A stretch of 57,340 nucleotides of DNA from a virus (IMGVR_UViG_3300049795_000025:1-57340), one strand, 5' to 3'. Shown: positions 27,449-36,190, counted from the stretch's first letter. Notes: generated by a model not told the origin, from the letters alone. Translations and numbers: made by a program.

Positions 27449-27849
27449 CAGGCGTTGGCCGTCCACTTGAGCGGGATATCCTTGGACTTGAGGTAGGCCT
27501 CAATCTCGGCAAGCCGCTTCGGGCCGATACCTTTGGCGTTCGGCTTAGTCTGCGAGAGATCCCAGACACTCTTGATGCCCGCTACGTGGCATGCTCGGAG
27601 CGGAGCCAGAACCCCATGCTCCTGGTCAGGTAGATGCTCGATGAGCTTGTTTAGCTTGAGCTTCTGCAATGCCGACTTCTGCTTCAGGTCGGCCATCCAC
27701 AGCGCGAAGTGCGGCGTGGTTCCGGTCCGCATGCCTGTTCGAGCCGTAGCAAGCTTTACTACAGCGTGGCGCCTCTCGCGCCGGTTCATCGCCATCAGCT
27801 TCTCCTCGGCCATGGCGGCCTGGATCGGCTGTTCATACTTCGCCTTCAA
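27448..27849 (-). CDS. Helix-hairpin-helix protein resembling the RNA polymerase alpha C-terminal domain
   Basis: AGIKSVWDL...KGIGPKRLAEIEAYL; TTG start with AGGAGG SD. Confidence 0.55.
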   Translation of the reverse strand: MKAKYEQPIQAAMAEEKLMAMNRRERRHAVVKLATARTGMRTGTTPHFALWMADLKQKSALQKLKLNKLIEHLPDQEHGVLAPLRACHVAGIKSVWDLSQTKPNAKGIGPKRLAEIEAYLKSKDIPLKWTANA

Positions 27850-27903
27850 CTTGGTCCTCCTATTGGGACGGTTGGTTGCTCGGTTGACCTTACCTTCCTA
27901 GGG

Positions 27904-28014
27904 TTAGTGCGTCTTGCTGTAGATCAAATAACCGATCGCAGCGGCGATGATCAGGAAGCCGATGAAACCGCCCCAACCTGCCTGCTCCGTCTGCTGCCTG
28001 TTCTTCTTACTCAT
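27904..28014 (-). CDS. Small membrane peptide (36 aa)
   Basis: MSKKNRQQTEQAGWGGFIGFLIIAAAIGYLIYSKTH. Confidence 0.55.
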   Translation of the reverse strand: MSKKNRQQTEQAGWGGFIGFLIIAAAIGYLIYSKTH

Positions 28015-29173
28015 CCGCCGACTTCCTATGGTCTGCGTACGGATCTTCCTGTCGAAAAGCTATCCGCTTGTAGTCCTCCCAGTCGCCTTGCCGCTCCTGT
28101 AGTTCGCACATATTGAAGAATGAGCAGTCCCAGGAACAGTCCTTCGTGGAGTTCTTACTTGGTAACAATGCACGGTCCCGCAGCAGCTGGATCTGTACCG
28201 CCTCATCCTGGATCCGCCGCAGCTGCGTTGTGCGCTCCGCAGAGGTCCGGTGCACCGTCTCCCGGACGAAGTTCGCCGGAGGCTGGACCTTCGAGCGCTC
28301 GCCGAGGACCGTCAGGTCAAGCTTGCTGGCGATATCCCCAAGCAGTGCGAGCGTCTCCTTACCGGTCAACGGCGGACCGATCCAGGATCCAGACGGCCCA
28401 GGAGGTGGCATGGTAGCCCGCTCTGCTTCGATCGCAGTAATGTAATCGGCCTTGACGGGCTTGTTCGTTGCGTAGCCCTCTGCGTCCTTCGGCCGTTCGT
28501 CCGGCTTAGCCTTGCGCGCAAAGTTGTAGGTGATGCCGTGCAGCCGCTCCTTCGGACCTATCAAGCCCTGTCGCCGCAACGAGTAACCCGCAGTCGCCCA
28601 ATAGCTGCCCGCCTGGTCATCGAGGCTAAGGTGCGAGGTTGAGATCGCCTTCGCGGTCTTGGTCTCCAGAAGCTTGATCTTGCTATCCTCCAGGTCCCGG
28701 TACACGCCGTCATAGGTGCCGCAGTACTGGAGTAGCAGATCGCCAGGCGTGATGTCGTAGAGCGTCTGTCGCTCCGGTCCAGGCCAAGGGATGTCGAGCG
28801 CGAAGGACTGCTCGGCCTGGATGAAGTCCCAGGACGGATCGGTCCCATAGAGCTTGACGTACTGCTCGCACATGATCCGGCCAAGCTCCGCACCGTCCTC
28901 GTAGTCGGCCACAGTCTCTTCGGTCGCGTCCGCTACCTTGATCGTGTACAGCGAGTCCTCGGCGAACTTCGCAAAGGTCTCGGCCGGATGGATGCCGCGC
29001 TTCAACCCGGGTAGGTACCAGTTCGCGAGCGCAAGGTGAAAGCCGGTACCAAACCACAGCGGCGTGCTCTCAGAGCCCTTCGGCTTCAAGCCTTCGCGCC
29101 AACTCCACCACCAGCGAGCTTGGCAACGCTTGAAGTCGCGACGTTCCGACGTCCGCAGAATCGGTAGGCTCAT
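28007..29173 (-). CDS. Cas4/RecB-family PD-(D/E)XK exonuclease
   Basis: S...F..C, FGTGFH, GTYDG, ETKTA, QAGSY, C-terminal CxxxCxFxxxC. Confidence 0.85.
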   Translation of the reverse strand: MSLPILRTSERRDFKRCQARWWWSWREGLKPKGSESTPLWFGTGFHLALANWYLPGLKRGIHPAETFAKFAEDSLYTIKVADATEETVADYEDGAELGRIMCEQYVKLYGTDPSWDFIQAEQSFALDIPWPGPERQTLYDITPGDLLLQYCGTYDGVYRDLEDSKIKLLETKTAKAISTSHLSLDDQAGSYWATAGYSLRRQGLIGPKERLHGITYNFARKAKPDERPKDAEGYATNKPVKADYITAIEAERATMPPPGPSGSWIGPPLTGKETLALLGDIASKLDLTVLGERSKVQPPANFVRETVHRTSAERTTQLRRIQDEAVQIQLLRDRALLPSKNSTKDCSWDCSFFNMCELQERQGDWEDYKRIAFRQEDPYADHRKSADE

Positions 29174-29268
29174 TTCGGTCCCCGGATTTTCAAGCAGCCC
29201 CAAGCAATCCCGATCGCAAGCGCTCCGCCGAGCACGGTGCCGAGTGCGATATGCCAGATATGCGTCAT
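29170..29268 (-). CDS. Small membrane peptide (32 aa)
   Basis: ATGA overlaps at both ends. Confidence 0.5.
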   Translation of the reverse strand: MTHIWHIALGTVLGGALAIGIAWGCLKIRGPK

Positions 29269-29450
29269 TCTTGGCCTTTCTCCAGAAGCGCATTGACCAC
29301 TGCGGCGGAGTGATCGTCTAGGATGTGCTCGTCGATTGAGCGTCGTCCGCGGACAGAATCTGACGCCCGGAAACGCTCCTCAGACGGGACATTCTCCTGC
29401 ACACATACTGCGCAGATAAGAAGCTTGATCCGGAGCACCTGAGGTTTCAC
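29265..29450 (-). CDS. Small zinc-finger-like protein
   Basis: CxxC...HxxxxH; GTGA overlap. Confidence 0.5.
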   Translation of the reverse strand: MKPQVLRIKLLICAVCVQENVPSEERFRASDSVRGRRSIDEHILDDHSAAVVNALLEKGQE

Positions 29451-29653
29451 CGCAGCACCTGCACCGTTATGATGAACGCTCCGGCGCCTACTGACAGGAA
29501 TGCCCCGAGCAGGAAGATCGTAACCGCCCACCAAGGATCGCCGGTCCGACGAGGCTTTAGCTGTTCCGGCACTTCCAACATCTCATCGAACGCCCAATGC
29601 GACGTAGGCGCAATCGGCACCGTTGTGATGGTTTCGAGCTCCATAAGGCTCAT
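29447..29653 (-). CDS. Small membrane protein
   Basis: 68 aa; GAAGGGACCAG RBS. Confidence 0.65.
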   Translation of the reverse strand: MSLMELETITTVPIAPTSHWAFDEMLEVPEQLKPRRTGDPWWAVTIFLLGAFLSVGAGAFIITVQVLR

Positions 29654-29682
29654 TTTTCTGGTCCCTTCTAATTCCTACGAAG

Positions 29683-29752
29683 TGGGGAGGTGGGGAATTG
29701 AACCCCACTAGCTACATTGCCCTCCTGAACGGTGGTACCACCGTTCCTCCCC
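29683..29752 (-). ncRNA. 70-nt tRNA-like element without an anticodon arm
   Basis: Acceptor GGGGAGG/CCTCCCC plus A; T arm TGGGG-TTCAATT-CCCCA; palindromic hairpin AACGGTGGTACCACCGTT in the D-arm position. Confidence 0.65.
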
Positions 29753-29781
29753 AAGAGCCGCTAGCGGCGGCCAGTCGTGGA

Positions 29782-30249
29782 TCAGAACGGGGCCTCGCCA
29801 CTGGCCGGAGCTGCCGCAGCCGCACGGCGGGCTGGACGTCGAGTTGGCTTCGCGGGGGTGACCACCGGCTCCTCGGGCTCCGGCTCCGGCCCCGGCGTAG
29901 TCGCCTTCGCTGCGGCCTTTGCCCTGGTGGCCTTCGCGGGCTTCACCGGCATAGGCTTCTTCACCGGCGCCGGTGCCTCCTCGGCCTCGGCCTCGGCCTC
30001 GGCACGCTCGGCCTCGCGCTGAAGTCGAGCCTCCTCGTTGGCGGCCCGGTTGAAGTCAGATGCCTGGAACACCATCCGAGTTGCGGTGGCGATCCGCACA
30101 CCGTTCTGGAAGGCCTCTTCCTTGGTCTTGGCCGCTGCCGGGTTGTATCCAACCTCTTCCTTAATCCAGACCGCGAAGCGCTCCTGCAGCGCCGTCGGCG
30201 GCTTGTCCAGATAGTTGGTCGGGTCCACGGGCTCTTTCTCGTCGGCCAT
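29782..30249 (-). CDS. Hypothetical protein with Pro/Ala/Lys-rich tail (possibly DNA-binding)
   Basis: AGGAGGG SD; histone-like low-complexity C-terminal half, ends EAPF. Confidence 0.7.
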   Translation of the reverse strand: MADEKEPVDPTNYLDKPPTALQERFAVWIKEEVGYNPAAAKTKEEAFQNGVRIATATRMVFQASDFNRAANEEARLQREAERAEAEAEAEEAPAPVKKPMPVKPAKATRAKAAAKATTPGPEPEPEEPVVTPAKPTRRPARRAAAAAPASGEAPF

Positions 30250-30330
30250 CTTGGGCCCTCCTGTTGAAGATCGATTGTCTTACTCGCCCGGCTAGCGTAC
30301 CCTGCTGAGATCGGTTGCCGAAAGAAACTG

Positions 30331-30483
30331 TTACCGTCGGATTGTTATCGAACGGAGCCGGACTCCACCGCGGGCTCGCGTCTCTGCGAAGATCTCTTGT
30401 TCGGCCTCAACCTCGCCGAGATGCCACTTCCGGCCGAGCTCGAAACCGAACCAAAGCGCCAAGGCTACCAAGATCAGTATCAT
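30331..30483 (-). CDS. Small membrane protein
   Basis: 50 aa; ATGA overlap with the helicase stop. Confidence 0.5.
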   Translation of the reverse strand: MILILVALALWFGFELGRKWHLGEVEAEQEIFAETRARGGVRLRSITIRR

Positions 30484-32567
30484 TCCCCATCCCAACTGCA
30501 GTCGCCTACGTGCCACATGTTCCGTGCGACACCACATTCGGCGCAATGCCGGATCTTATGCCACGGTCCACCCGTAAAGGCGAGCCTGCCCTCCGGATCC
30601 AATGCCCTTTTGTAAAGCTCAACGCGTCGCTTGCTGCTAAGTATCCGCTTACCCCGTCGCTTCGCCTCGGCATTCGCAGCTGCAATCCGCTCCTCAATCG
30701 TCCCGAGGCTCCGCAGATAGTAATAGGTTCGCGGCACTACACGCTTCTCCGGGTTCCGGTTATCGATCCGACCCTCGGCTTGCTCTTGCTCATCATCCAC
30801 GTTCGTCTCGTCCAAGAACACCATAGCGTCAGCCTGATCAAGCGTGATCGCTGAACCACCCGCCTTGGTGTTTAGGAACAAAACGTTCAGTCCTGAATCG
30901 GGATCCTCGAATTCAGCAATGTACCATTTACGCTTCGCCTGTGATACCTCGCCGGTGATAAACCCTAGCTGCAACCCTTTGAACTCATTAACAAGTCCTA
31001 GCGCGAATGCATTGAGCAGCTTAGTCCATTGGCTCACTACTACAAACTTCCCTGACGGCCTCTCCGGAAAGCCGAGCTCACGCATGAACTCAACCAGCCA
31101 TTCGTATTTGTTGCCCTCGGCCCGCGGTACGTAAGAGTGGTCCGGCGCAAGCTCGCCAACCGATCCGGCGAACTGCCTGAGTCGCGTGATCTCCGCCAGG
31201 ACACCGACCGGTGTGATATCGCCACCCTTAAGGCTGGCTGTACCGGTCTGCTCCATCTGCTTGTAGATCTTCGCCTGTGCCTTCGTCATCTCCAGCCAGA
31301 CACCAATCGGCGAGGTCTCGTCGTCAGGCATCAAGAGCGTTCCGCCGTAGAGCTTGGGCGGTAGATCGCCGCGGACCTGCTCTCGCGTCCGCTGGATCAT
31401 TACGTCCAAGAGCTCATCGTGCAGCATCCGCTCGCGCTCCTCGATAAACTCACCAACGGTGTAGCCAGAGTATCCGCCCAACTCCCAGTACCGTCCTAAG
31501 AAGTTCCATTTTGATGACCAGCGCTTCGGATCTAGCCAGTTGAGCGTGCTCCAGATCTGATGCGGCTTGGAGCGGAACGGCGTACCGCTCATCGCAATCC
31601 GCAAGCCACCCTCGCGGACGAGGTCACGGAGCATATCAGCCCCTCGGCGCTGGAGGTTCGGTGTACCGGTAAGCCGGATCAGCACCTGATCGCTCTCGTC
31701 GACCACCACAGCACCCCAATCCATCTGAAACAACTGCGGAAAGGTGTGATCGTGCAGAACCTTGGTAGTGCCATCCTTGTCATGTGTGCAGTCGAGCTCC
31801 GTGACGATACCGGCCTTGTAACGGGTCTGAGAGCTACAGAGAGCGCAGATCCACACAGACCGTGTCCGGATAACTGCAGGGTGGATTACGACCCACGTAC
31901 GGGCCAGCGAGTCGTCGCTACTGGTATGCGCCCTAGTCAACAAACTGTTAAGAATGTTATCCCTTGCCTGCCTGGCCGTCGTGTGGATCTTGTCCCTTGT
32001 GTAACCGTTTTCCGGGATGGTGATGACCTCGTCGCGTGGGAGCCAGCGCCGGATCTCCGACGTCCAGGCCGTGTTGACCGCTGTCATGGGGCAGATGACG
32101 AGGAACGGGCCAACCGCTTCGCTCTCCAGAATCGCGCCCAGGGCCTCCGCAGTCTTCCCCAATCCAACTGTGTCACCGATCAGTGCGCGTCGCCGACCAT
32201 CACGGCCCTTCGTGTCCGCGACGAACCGAACGCCGGATCGCTGGTAGGTTCGGCTCGACATGGCTGCCGCCAGGATAGGAGCGACTGTCGGAAGTACCCG
32301 GAGATCCGCATCGGCAGCGCTTGCGGTAACTGCTTGCTGCGTTCGGCTGGCCTTCTCCGCCTTGGCCCAGGCCCAGAGGTTCGGACCAATCGTCAGCCTT
32401 GAAGCGAATCTATCCCGCAATAGCGAGCATGTCTCCAGATCGAGTGGTAGGCTCCACGTCGCATCCTTGCGAAAGTAGGCACCAGGGATCACTTGCTTCA
32501 GCCCGGGGGTCGGCCGATCGCTCGCCAGAAGGATCCGATTACCTGCTTTCTCCACCCGCACGTTCAT
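30480..32567 (-). CDS. SNF2-family DNA helicase
   Basis: YQ..G, DTVGLGKT, VVDES, SGTP, QAEGRI, TIEE. Confidence 0.9.
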   Translation of the reverse strand: MNVRVEKAGNRILLASDRPTPGLKQVIPGAYFRKDATWSLPLDLETCSLLRDRFASRLTIGPNLWAWAKAEKASRTQQAVTASAADADLRVLPTVAPILAAAMSSRTYQRSGVRFVADTKGRDGRRRALIGDTVGLGKTAEALGAILESEAVGPFLVICPMTAVNTAWTSEIRRWLPRDEVITIPENGYTRDKIHTTARQARDNILNSLLTRAHTSSDDSLARTWVVIHPAVIRTRSVWICALCSSQTRYKAGIVTELDCTHDKDGTTKVLHDHTFPQLFQMDWGAVVVDESDQVLIRLTGTPNLQRRGADMLRDLVREGGLRIAMSGTPFRSKPHQIWSTLNWLDPKRWSSKWNFLGRYWELGGYSGYTVGEFIEERERMLHDELLDVMIQRTREQVRGDLPPKLYGGTLLMPDDETSPIGVWLEMTKAQAKIYKQMEQTGTASLKGGDITPVGVLAEITRLRQFAGSVGELAPDHSYVPRAEGNKYEWLVEFMRELGFPERPSGKFVVVSQWTKLLNAFALGLVNEFKGLQLGFITGEVSQAKRKWYIAEFEDPDSGLNVLFLNTKAGGSAITLDQADAMVFLDETNVDDEQEQAEGRIDNRNPEKRVVPRTYYYLRSLGTIEERIAAANAEAKRRGKRILSSKRRVELYKRALDPEGRLAFTGGPWHKIRHCAECGVARNMWHVGDCSWDGE

Positions 32568-32707
32568 CGCCGCGCCCACTGCCCCTCATAGCAAGGAGCA
32601 GACTCGCTCAGGCGCTGCGATTGCTGGCTCGGGCCGGATTGCTCGGCGCCAGGCTCCGGAAGGCTGAAGCGTTCGCGGACTTCGGCCATCTTCTCTGCGC
32701 TATTCAT
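32564..32707 (-). CDS. Small hypothetical protein (47 aa)
   Basis: GAAGGGACCAG RBS; ATGA overlap with the helicase. Confidence 0.6.
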   Translation of the reverse strand: MNSAEKMAEVRERFSLPEPGAEQSGPSQQSQRLSESAPCYEGQWARR

Positions 32708-32752
32708 CGCCTGGTCCCTTCTAAAGTCCTTTTACTGGTGATCTTACGTGAC

Positions 32753-32783
32753 AGCACCCCCGAGCCGTAAGCCCGGGGGTGCT
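32753..32783 (-). terminator. Intergenic hairpin
   Basis: AGCACCCCCG/CGGGGGTGCT. Confidence 0.55.
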
Positions 32784-32792
32784 AGATCTTTC

Positions 32793-32948
32793 TCAGCTAC
32801 CGTTCCGCACCAGGAAGGCCGCGACGATGGCGGCGAGCTCCGCGGCCTTCGCGTCTGATAGAACGCGAACGTCAGGGGTGCCCTGCTCGACCTGAGTCAC
32901 AACCTCAACCTGGCGTCCGGTCATCTGAGTCATCGTAATCTGGGTCAT
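32793..32948 (-). CDS. Small hypothetical protein (51 aa)
   Basis: MTQITMTQMTGRQ...; conserved RBS and promoter. Confidence 0.65.
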   Translation of the reverse strand: MTQITMTQMTGRQVEVVTQVEQGTPDVRVLSDAKAAELAAIVAAFLVRNGS

Positions 32949-32991
32949 TTCTGGTCCCTTCATTTGTTTTGGAACTTCCCTTACAACAATG

Positions 32992-33002
32992 ACTCTACGC
33001 CA
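32992..33002 (-). promoter_or_regulatory. Early promoter, TGGCG-TAGAGT
   Basis: TANNNT -10 with shared TGGNG extension, about 45 nt above the ATG. Confidence 0.65.
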
Positions 33003-33050
33003 CTGCAGATGACGAGGGGAAGCCCCCTCGCCAACTTTATGCAGTTTCTT

Positions 33051-33513
33051 TTAGGCGACCGAGCGAAGCTTCGCCGGAGCCTTCCGGGCTGCAGGCTTAG
33101 CAGTCCTGCGGCGCGCCGGAACGGCTGCCTTAGCCTTCATAGCCGGACCGGCCAACGCCATCATTACGTCTACCGTAAGCGGTAGGAAGTGCGCCGTCAT
33201 GACGTCTGCTCCGCCGTCAAGGCAAACCGATACCAGGTGCCAGTAGGATGTCCATCCGGCGATTAGGGCTAGAAATAGGATCGCTGCGAAACGCAACTTA
33301 CCCGTCAAGCCCTTCGCCGGGACGTTCTCCAGCAGTGCCATCGAAACCAAAAAGGCCATAGGCGTCCACAGCCCGACAGCAATCCCGATCGGAGTGTGCT
33401 TAGAGGCATAGACATTCGCGGCGAGCGAAACAACCACGCCGACTCCGAAAGCGCTACGAGCGGTGATACGAGCGGTCCGGGCCCTTACGGGCTGCGGGGG
33501 AGATCTTAGTCAT
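33051..33513 (-). CDS. DUF2637-like membrane protein with apparent +1 frameshift near the start
   Basis: SLAANV and four TM helices; the RBS-associated ATG at 33513 is out of frame with the main ORF. Confidence 0.6.
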
Positions 33514-33562
33514 TACTGGTCCCTTCTTGGGGGAGGTCTCTCAATTCCTCCCAACAACAATG

Positions 33563-33574
33563 ACTATACGCCAA
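33563..33574 (-). promoter_or_regulatory. Early promoter, TTGGCG-TATAGT
   Basis: Same motif and spacing as the other cassettes. Confidence 0.7.
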
Positions 33575-33623
33575 CTACAATGGGCCGCGCTACTCGGGCG
33601 GCCCATCTTTTGCAGAATGCTTT

Positions 33624-33953
33624 TCAGAGATATCGAATACCGCAGAAGTCCTGTTCCTTGGCGAACTTCTCTGCCTTCTGAATGGCTTCATTGATCCAAT
33701 CTGGGCAAGATCCGAACTGTTCAACCTCCCACTTGGTCGCGGTTATCAACATGCCGAGTCGGTCTCGCTGCAAGATCCGCGGACCTGTGACGGTGTACGA
33801 ATCCACGATGCCATCCACGATGCTGATGCCAATCGTCTGCGGCTTGATATTCACCGGATAGCGGATCTGAAGCGGTGCAACCTCGCCTTCGATTACATAT
33901 GTCACTGATAACCGTACACTCGTTCGTTCCATCACTAGTCGCGGCTCACTCAT
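33624..33953 (-). CDS. Hypothetical protein
   Basis: AAGGAG SD, 109 aa. Confidence 0.65.
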   Translation of the reverse strand: MSEPRLVMERTSVRLSVTYVIEGEVAPLQIRYPVNIKPQTIGISIVDGIVDSYTVTGPRILQRDRLGMLITATKWEVEQFGSCPDWINEAIQKAEKFAKEQDFCGIRYL

Positions 33954-33986
33954 CCTAGTCTCCTTCCCAGTCGGCTTGCTCATGCT

Positions 33987-34754
33987 TCATGCTGCGTCCT
34001 CCATCTCAACGAGGAGGTTGCCGCCATCGGTCTTCCGTGCGTGCCCGCGACCCACACGCTGAAGCGCGCTCAGCCGGAAGCTCCGGAAGCCCGTCACCGG
34101 GCAGCACACCGTAACAGTCCGCTCACCGTAGTATTCTGTGACCCAGATCGTAGAGGTTCGGCTGATCATCGCGGTCTCGCTTCCGCGGGAGAGCCGGTTA
34201 TACCAGGCAACAGTCTGCCCGCGAAGGAAGCCGATGATCTCGGCCTCAGACGCTTCCTTGGGATCGAACGGTAAGACCATCGTCGTGACCTCACGCGGCT
34301 CCCGCTTCCGGAAGTGCGTATTGGCCGCTACCTTGTTCATCTCGGCCGCCGCAGCCTCGTGTGTGCGGCTAAGGAGTTTCGTCGCCCCTGAGGCGTTCCG
34401 GGGCCGCGTAGTGCGATCTGCAAAGGAGTACGTAGAGGCCTCATACTGCCAGACTCCGTTGAGCCAGCTTTGGTGCAGCGCCTCCACACCTTCAGCCCGA
34501 GTCGCCAGAAGGGTCACGCGCTCACCGTCGGCCTTCAGCTCAACGTCCCATCCATCAAGCTCGGCAAACTTCTTGAAGCTCTGGGCCTTACCCCAAGATT
34601 TCACGCTGGGGAAGTCCTGCTGAATCGTAGCCAAGACCTCCTTGGCGTCTGCGATCCTCTCGGCTTTCGCCGGTAGCGGCGTCCGCTGTGCATGCCGATT
34701 GGTCCGCTCTTCGGCGGCCTTGCGCAGCCCGAACTTATTCGCCTTGGTTGTCAC
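33987..34754 (-). CDS. Hypothetical protein, possible WYL/SH3-like C-terminus
   Basis: 255 aa; conserved RBS; FRSFRLSAL. Confidence 0.7.
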   Translation of the reverse strand: MTTKANKFGLRKAAEERTNRHAQRTPLPAKAERIADAKEVLATIQQDFPSVKSWGKAQSFKKFAELDGWDVELKADGERVTLLATRAEGVEALHQSWLNGVWQYEASTYSFADRTTRPRNASGATKLLSRTHEAAAAEMNKVAANTHFRKREPREVTTMVLPFDPKEASEAEIIGFLRGQTVAWYNRLSRGSETAMISRTSTIWVTEYYGERTVTVCCPVTGFRSFRLSALQRVGRGHARKTDGGNLLVEMEDAA

Positions 34755-34847
34755 GCCTGGTCCCTTCTAAAGTGCTCTCATTTGGTCCGAGAGAACTGAG
34801 GGACGTCCGGGCCTAGGTCCGGCCACCCCTCAGGCTTATCGGGCCCC

Positions 34848-35129
34848 TCAGGAAACTACGGTAACCGTCGAGGCACTGCAGCAGACGGTGCGAAGGTCGT
34901 TCCGGACGCTCGGGTTAACCTGGCCGCAAGCGCAAACCACCATTGTCAACTTGGATCCGAAGGTCTCTCGCCAAGCGCGGTCAGCGGCGCTGCAAAATTC
35001 CGGCGCACCGTTCGCGGGGGAGGTCGTCGGGTTGGCTTGCGAGAAGTTCTGCACCCGTCGCATAGCCAGATCCGCATTTGCGTAATTGGCGTTGAGGGTG
35101 AAAACGGTTCCCTTGGCGATCCGGCTCAT
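34848..35129 (-). CDS. Hypothetical Cys-rich protein
   Basis: 93 aa; variant RBS GAAGGGGCCAA. Confidence 0.65.
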   Translation of the reverse strand: MSRIAKGTVFTLNANYANADLAMRRVQNFSQANPTTSPANGAPEFCSAADRAWRETFGSKLTMVVCACGQVNPSVRNDLRTVCCSASTVTVVS

Positions 35130-35170
35130 GACTTGGCCCCTTCGGGTTTTGCATCTTGCTTACGAGGAGA

Positions 35171-35182
35171 ACGTTACCCCAA
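35171..35182 (-). promoter_or_regulatory. Early promoter, TTGGGG-TAACGT
   Basis: Same motif and spacing as the other cassettes. Confidence 0.55.
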
Positions 35183-35260
35183 TCGGATCGGATCGGGTAG
35201 CAGTACCGGCAAGAAATCTTGCACAAAGTTGGGGCGACCTTGAGCCGCCCCACTCGCCGC

Positions 35261-35989
35261 TCAAAGCAAGCGCAGGGCCTCCTTCAGGTTACGAACCTTG
35301 CGGACCTTGCCGTTCAGCTTGGCGGAGCTCGCCGGGTAGTCATACGCGCGGCCGTCCCATGCCAGCGAGATCGAGTCGTTGCCCTTGGTCCCTGTGGCGT
35401 AGAAACGAGTGCCCTCGCCGGTTGAGCCCTCCGGCAGTTCGTACGTCTCGCGCTCGATCTCGACCGTCCAACCGATCTTCTCGGCCGCCTCCTTGAAGAT
35501 CAGGCTCTTATGGATCTCGCTACCCTTGGCGACGATGACCATGCCAGCGCGGCTCTTGCTAGTCGGGCGGACCGTCCGGCCGTCAAGCTCGGGGTGGCAC
35601 ACCTGGCAGGCTTCGGTCAACGCGTCACGAACCGGGAATTCCTTGTCATCGTGACCCTCGTCGCTATGGGCGTTCTCCCACTCGGCGTACTCGCGGCACG
35701 GCTCGCACAGGCCGCTCGCCCGGAAGTCTTCCTTGCGGCCACACTCGGTGCAATTGCCGCGCTTGGTAGCGGCCTCAACCAAGGCCTCTTGCGCAGCTTC
35801 GGCCTCCAACTCAGCGGCCTTGGCCTGCTCGTCCTGGGCCGCGTACGCCAGGTCCATGATGGCGAGGATCAGGTCGGCCTTCTTGCCCTTGCTCGCGCCC
35901 TTTATGCCCAGCTCAGCGGCAGCCTTGCGAAGCTCCACAGCAGTGTTGGCGTTGAGTCCGGTCTCGGTCAGCGCGGTCAGTTCGATCAT
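35261..35989 (-). CDS. Rho N-terminal (HeH)-like and zinc-finger protein
   Basis: TAVELRKAAAELGIKGASKGKKADLILAI; CxxC...CxxC; conserved RBS. Confidence 0.7.
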   Translation of the reverse strand: MIELTALTETGLNANTAVELRKAAAELGIKGASKGKKADLILAIMDLAYAAQDEQAKAAELEAEAAQEALVEAATKRGNCTECGRKEDFRASGLCEPCREYAEWENAHSDEGHDDKEFPVRDALTEACQVCHPELDGRTVRPTSKSRAGMVIVAKGSEIHKSLIFKEAAEKIGWTVEIERETYELPEGSTGEGTRFYATGTKGNDSISLAWDGRAYDYPASSAKLNGKVRKVRNLKEALRLL

Positions 35990-36035
35990 TTCTGGTCCCT
36001 TCTCCGGAAGCCGCTCTCTCGGCCTCACAAGAGCA

Positions 36036-36047
36036 ACTTTACGCCAA
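36036..36047 (-). promoter_or_regulatory. Early promoter, TTGGCG-TAAAGT
   Basis: Same motif and spacing as the other cassettes. Confidence 0.65.
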
Positions 36048-36147
36048 CTGCAGTCGATCTGGCTACTCGGTCTGCAAGATTTTTCCATCTAATCCATAGC
36101 ATATAACCAACTTCGTAGGAATTGCTAATTACCTGAAGAAACAGCAA

Positions 36148-36177
36148 CGGGGCGTCCACCGATTGGCGAACGCCCCG
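36148..36177 (-). terminator. Intrinsic terminator
   Basis: CGGGGCGT/ACGCCCCG stem then TTGCTGTTTCTT. Confidence 0.6.
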
Positions 36178-36190
36178 ATACTTCGGTCTG

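Noticed and set aside
28007-29173. CRISPR-Cas system suggested by the Cas4-like gene
   Set aside because: No repeat-spacer array or other cas genes; it sits in an ordinary nuclease-ATPase-SSB recombination module.
29683-29752. Functional decoding tRNA or tmRNA
   Set aside because: No anticodon stem-loop, no canonical D loop, no G3-U70 pair and no tag reading frame.
29670-36123. 13-bp sequence CTTCGTAGGAATT in opposite orientations at 29670-29682 and 36111-36123
   Set aside because: Only two copies; chance 13-mer matches are expected in 57 kb, although both are intergenic.
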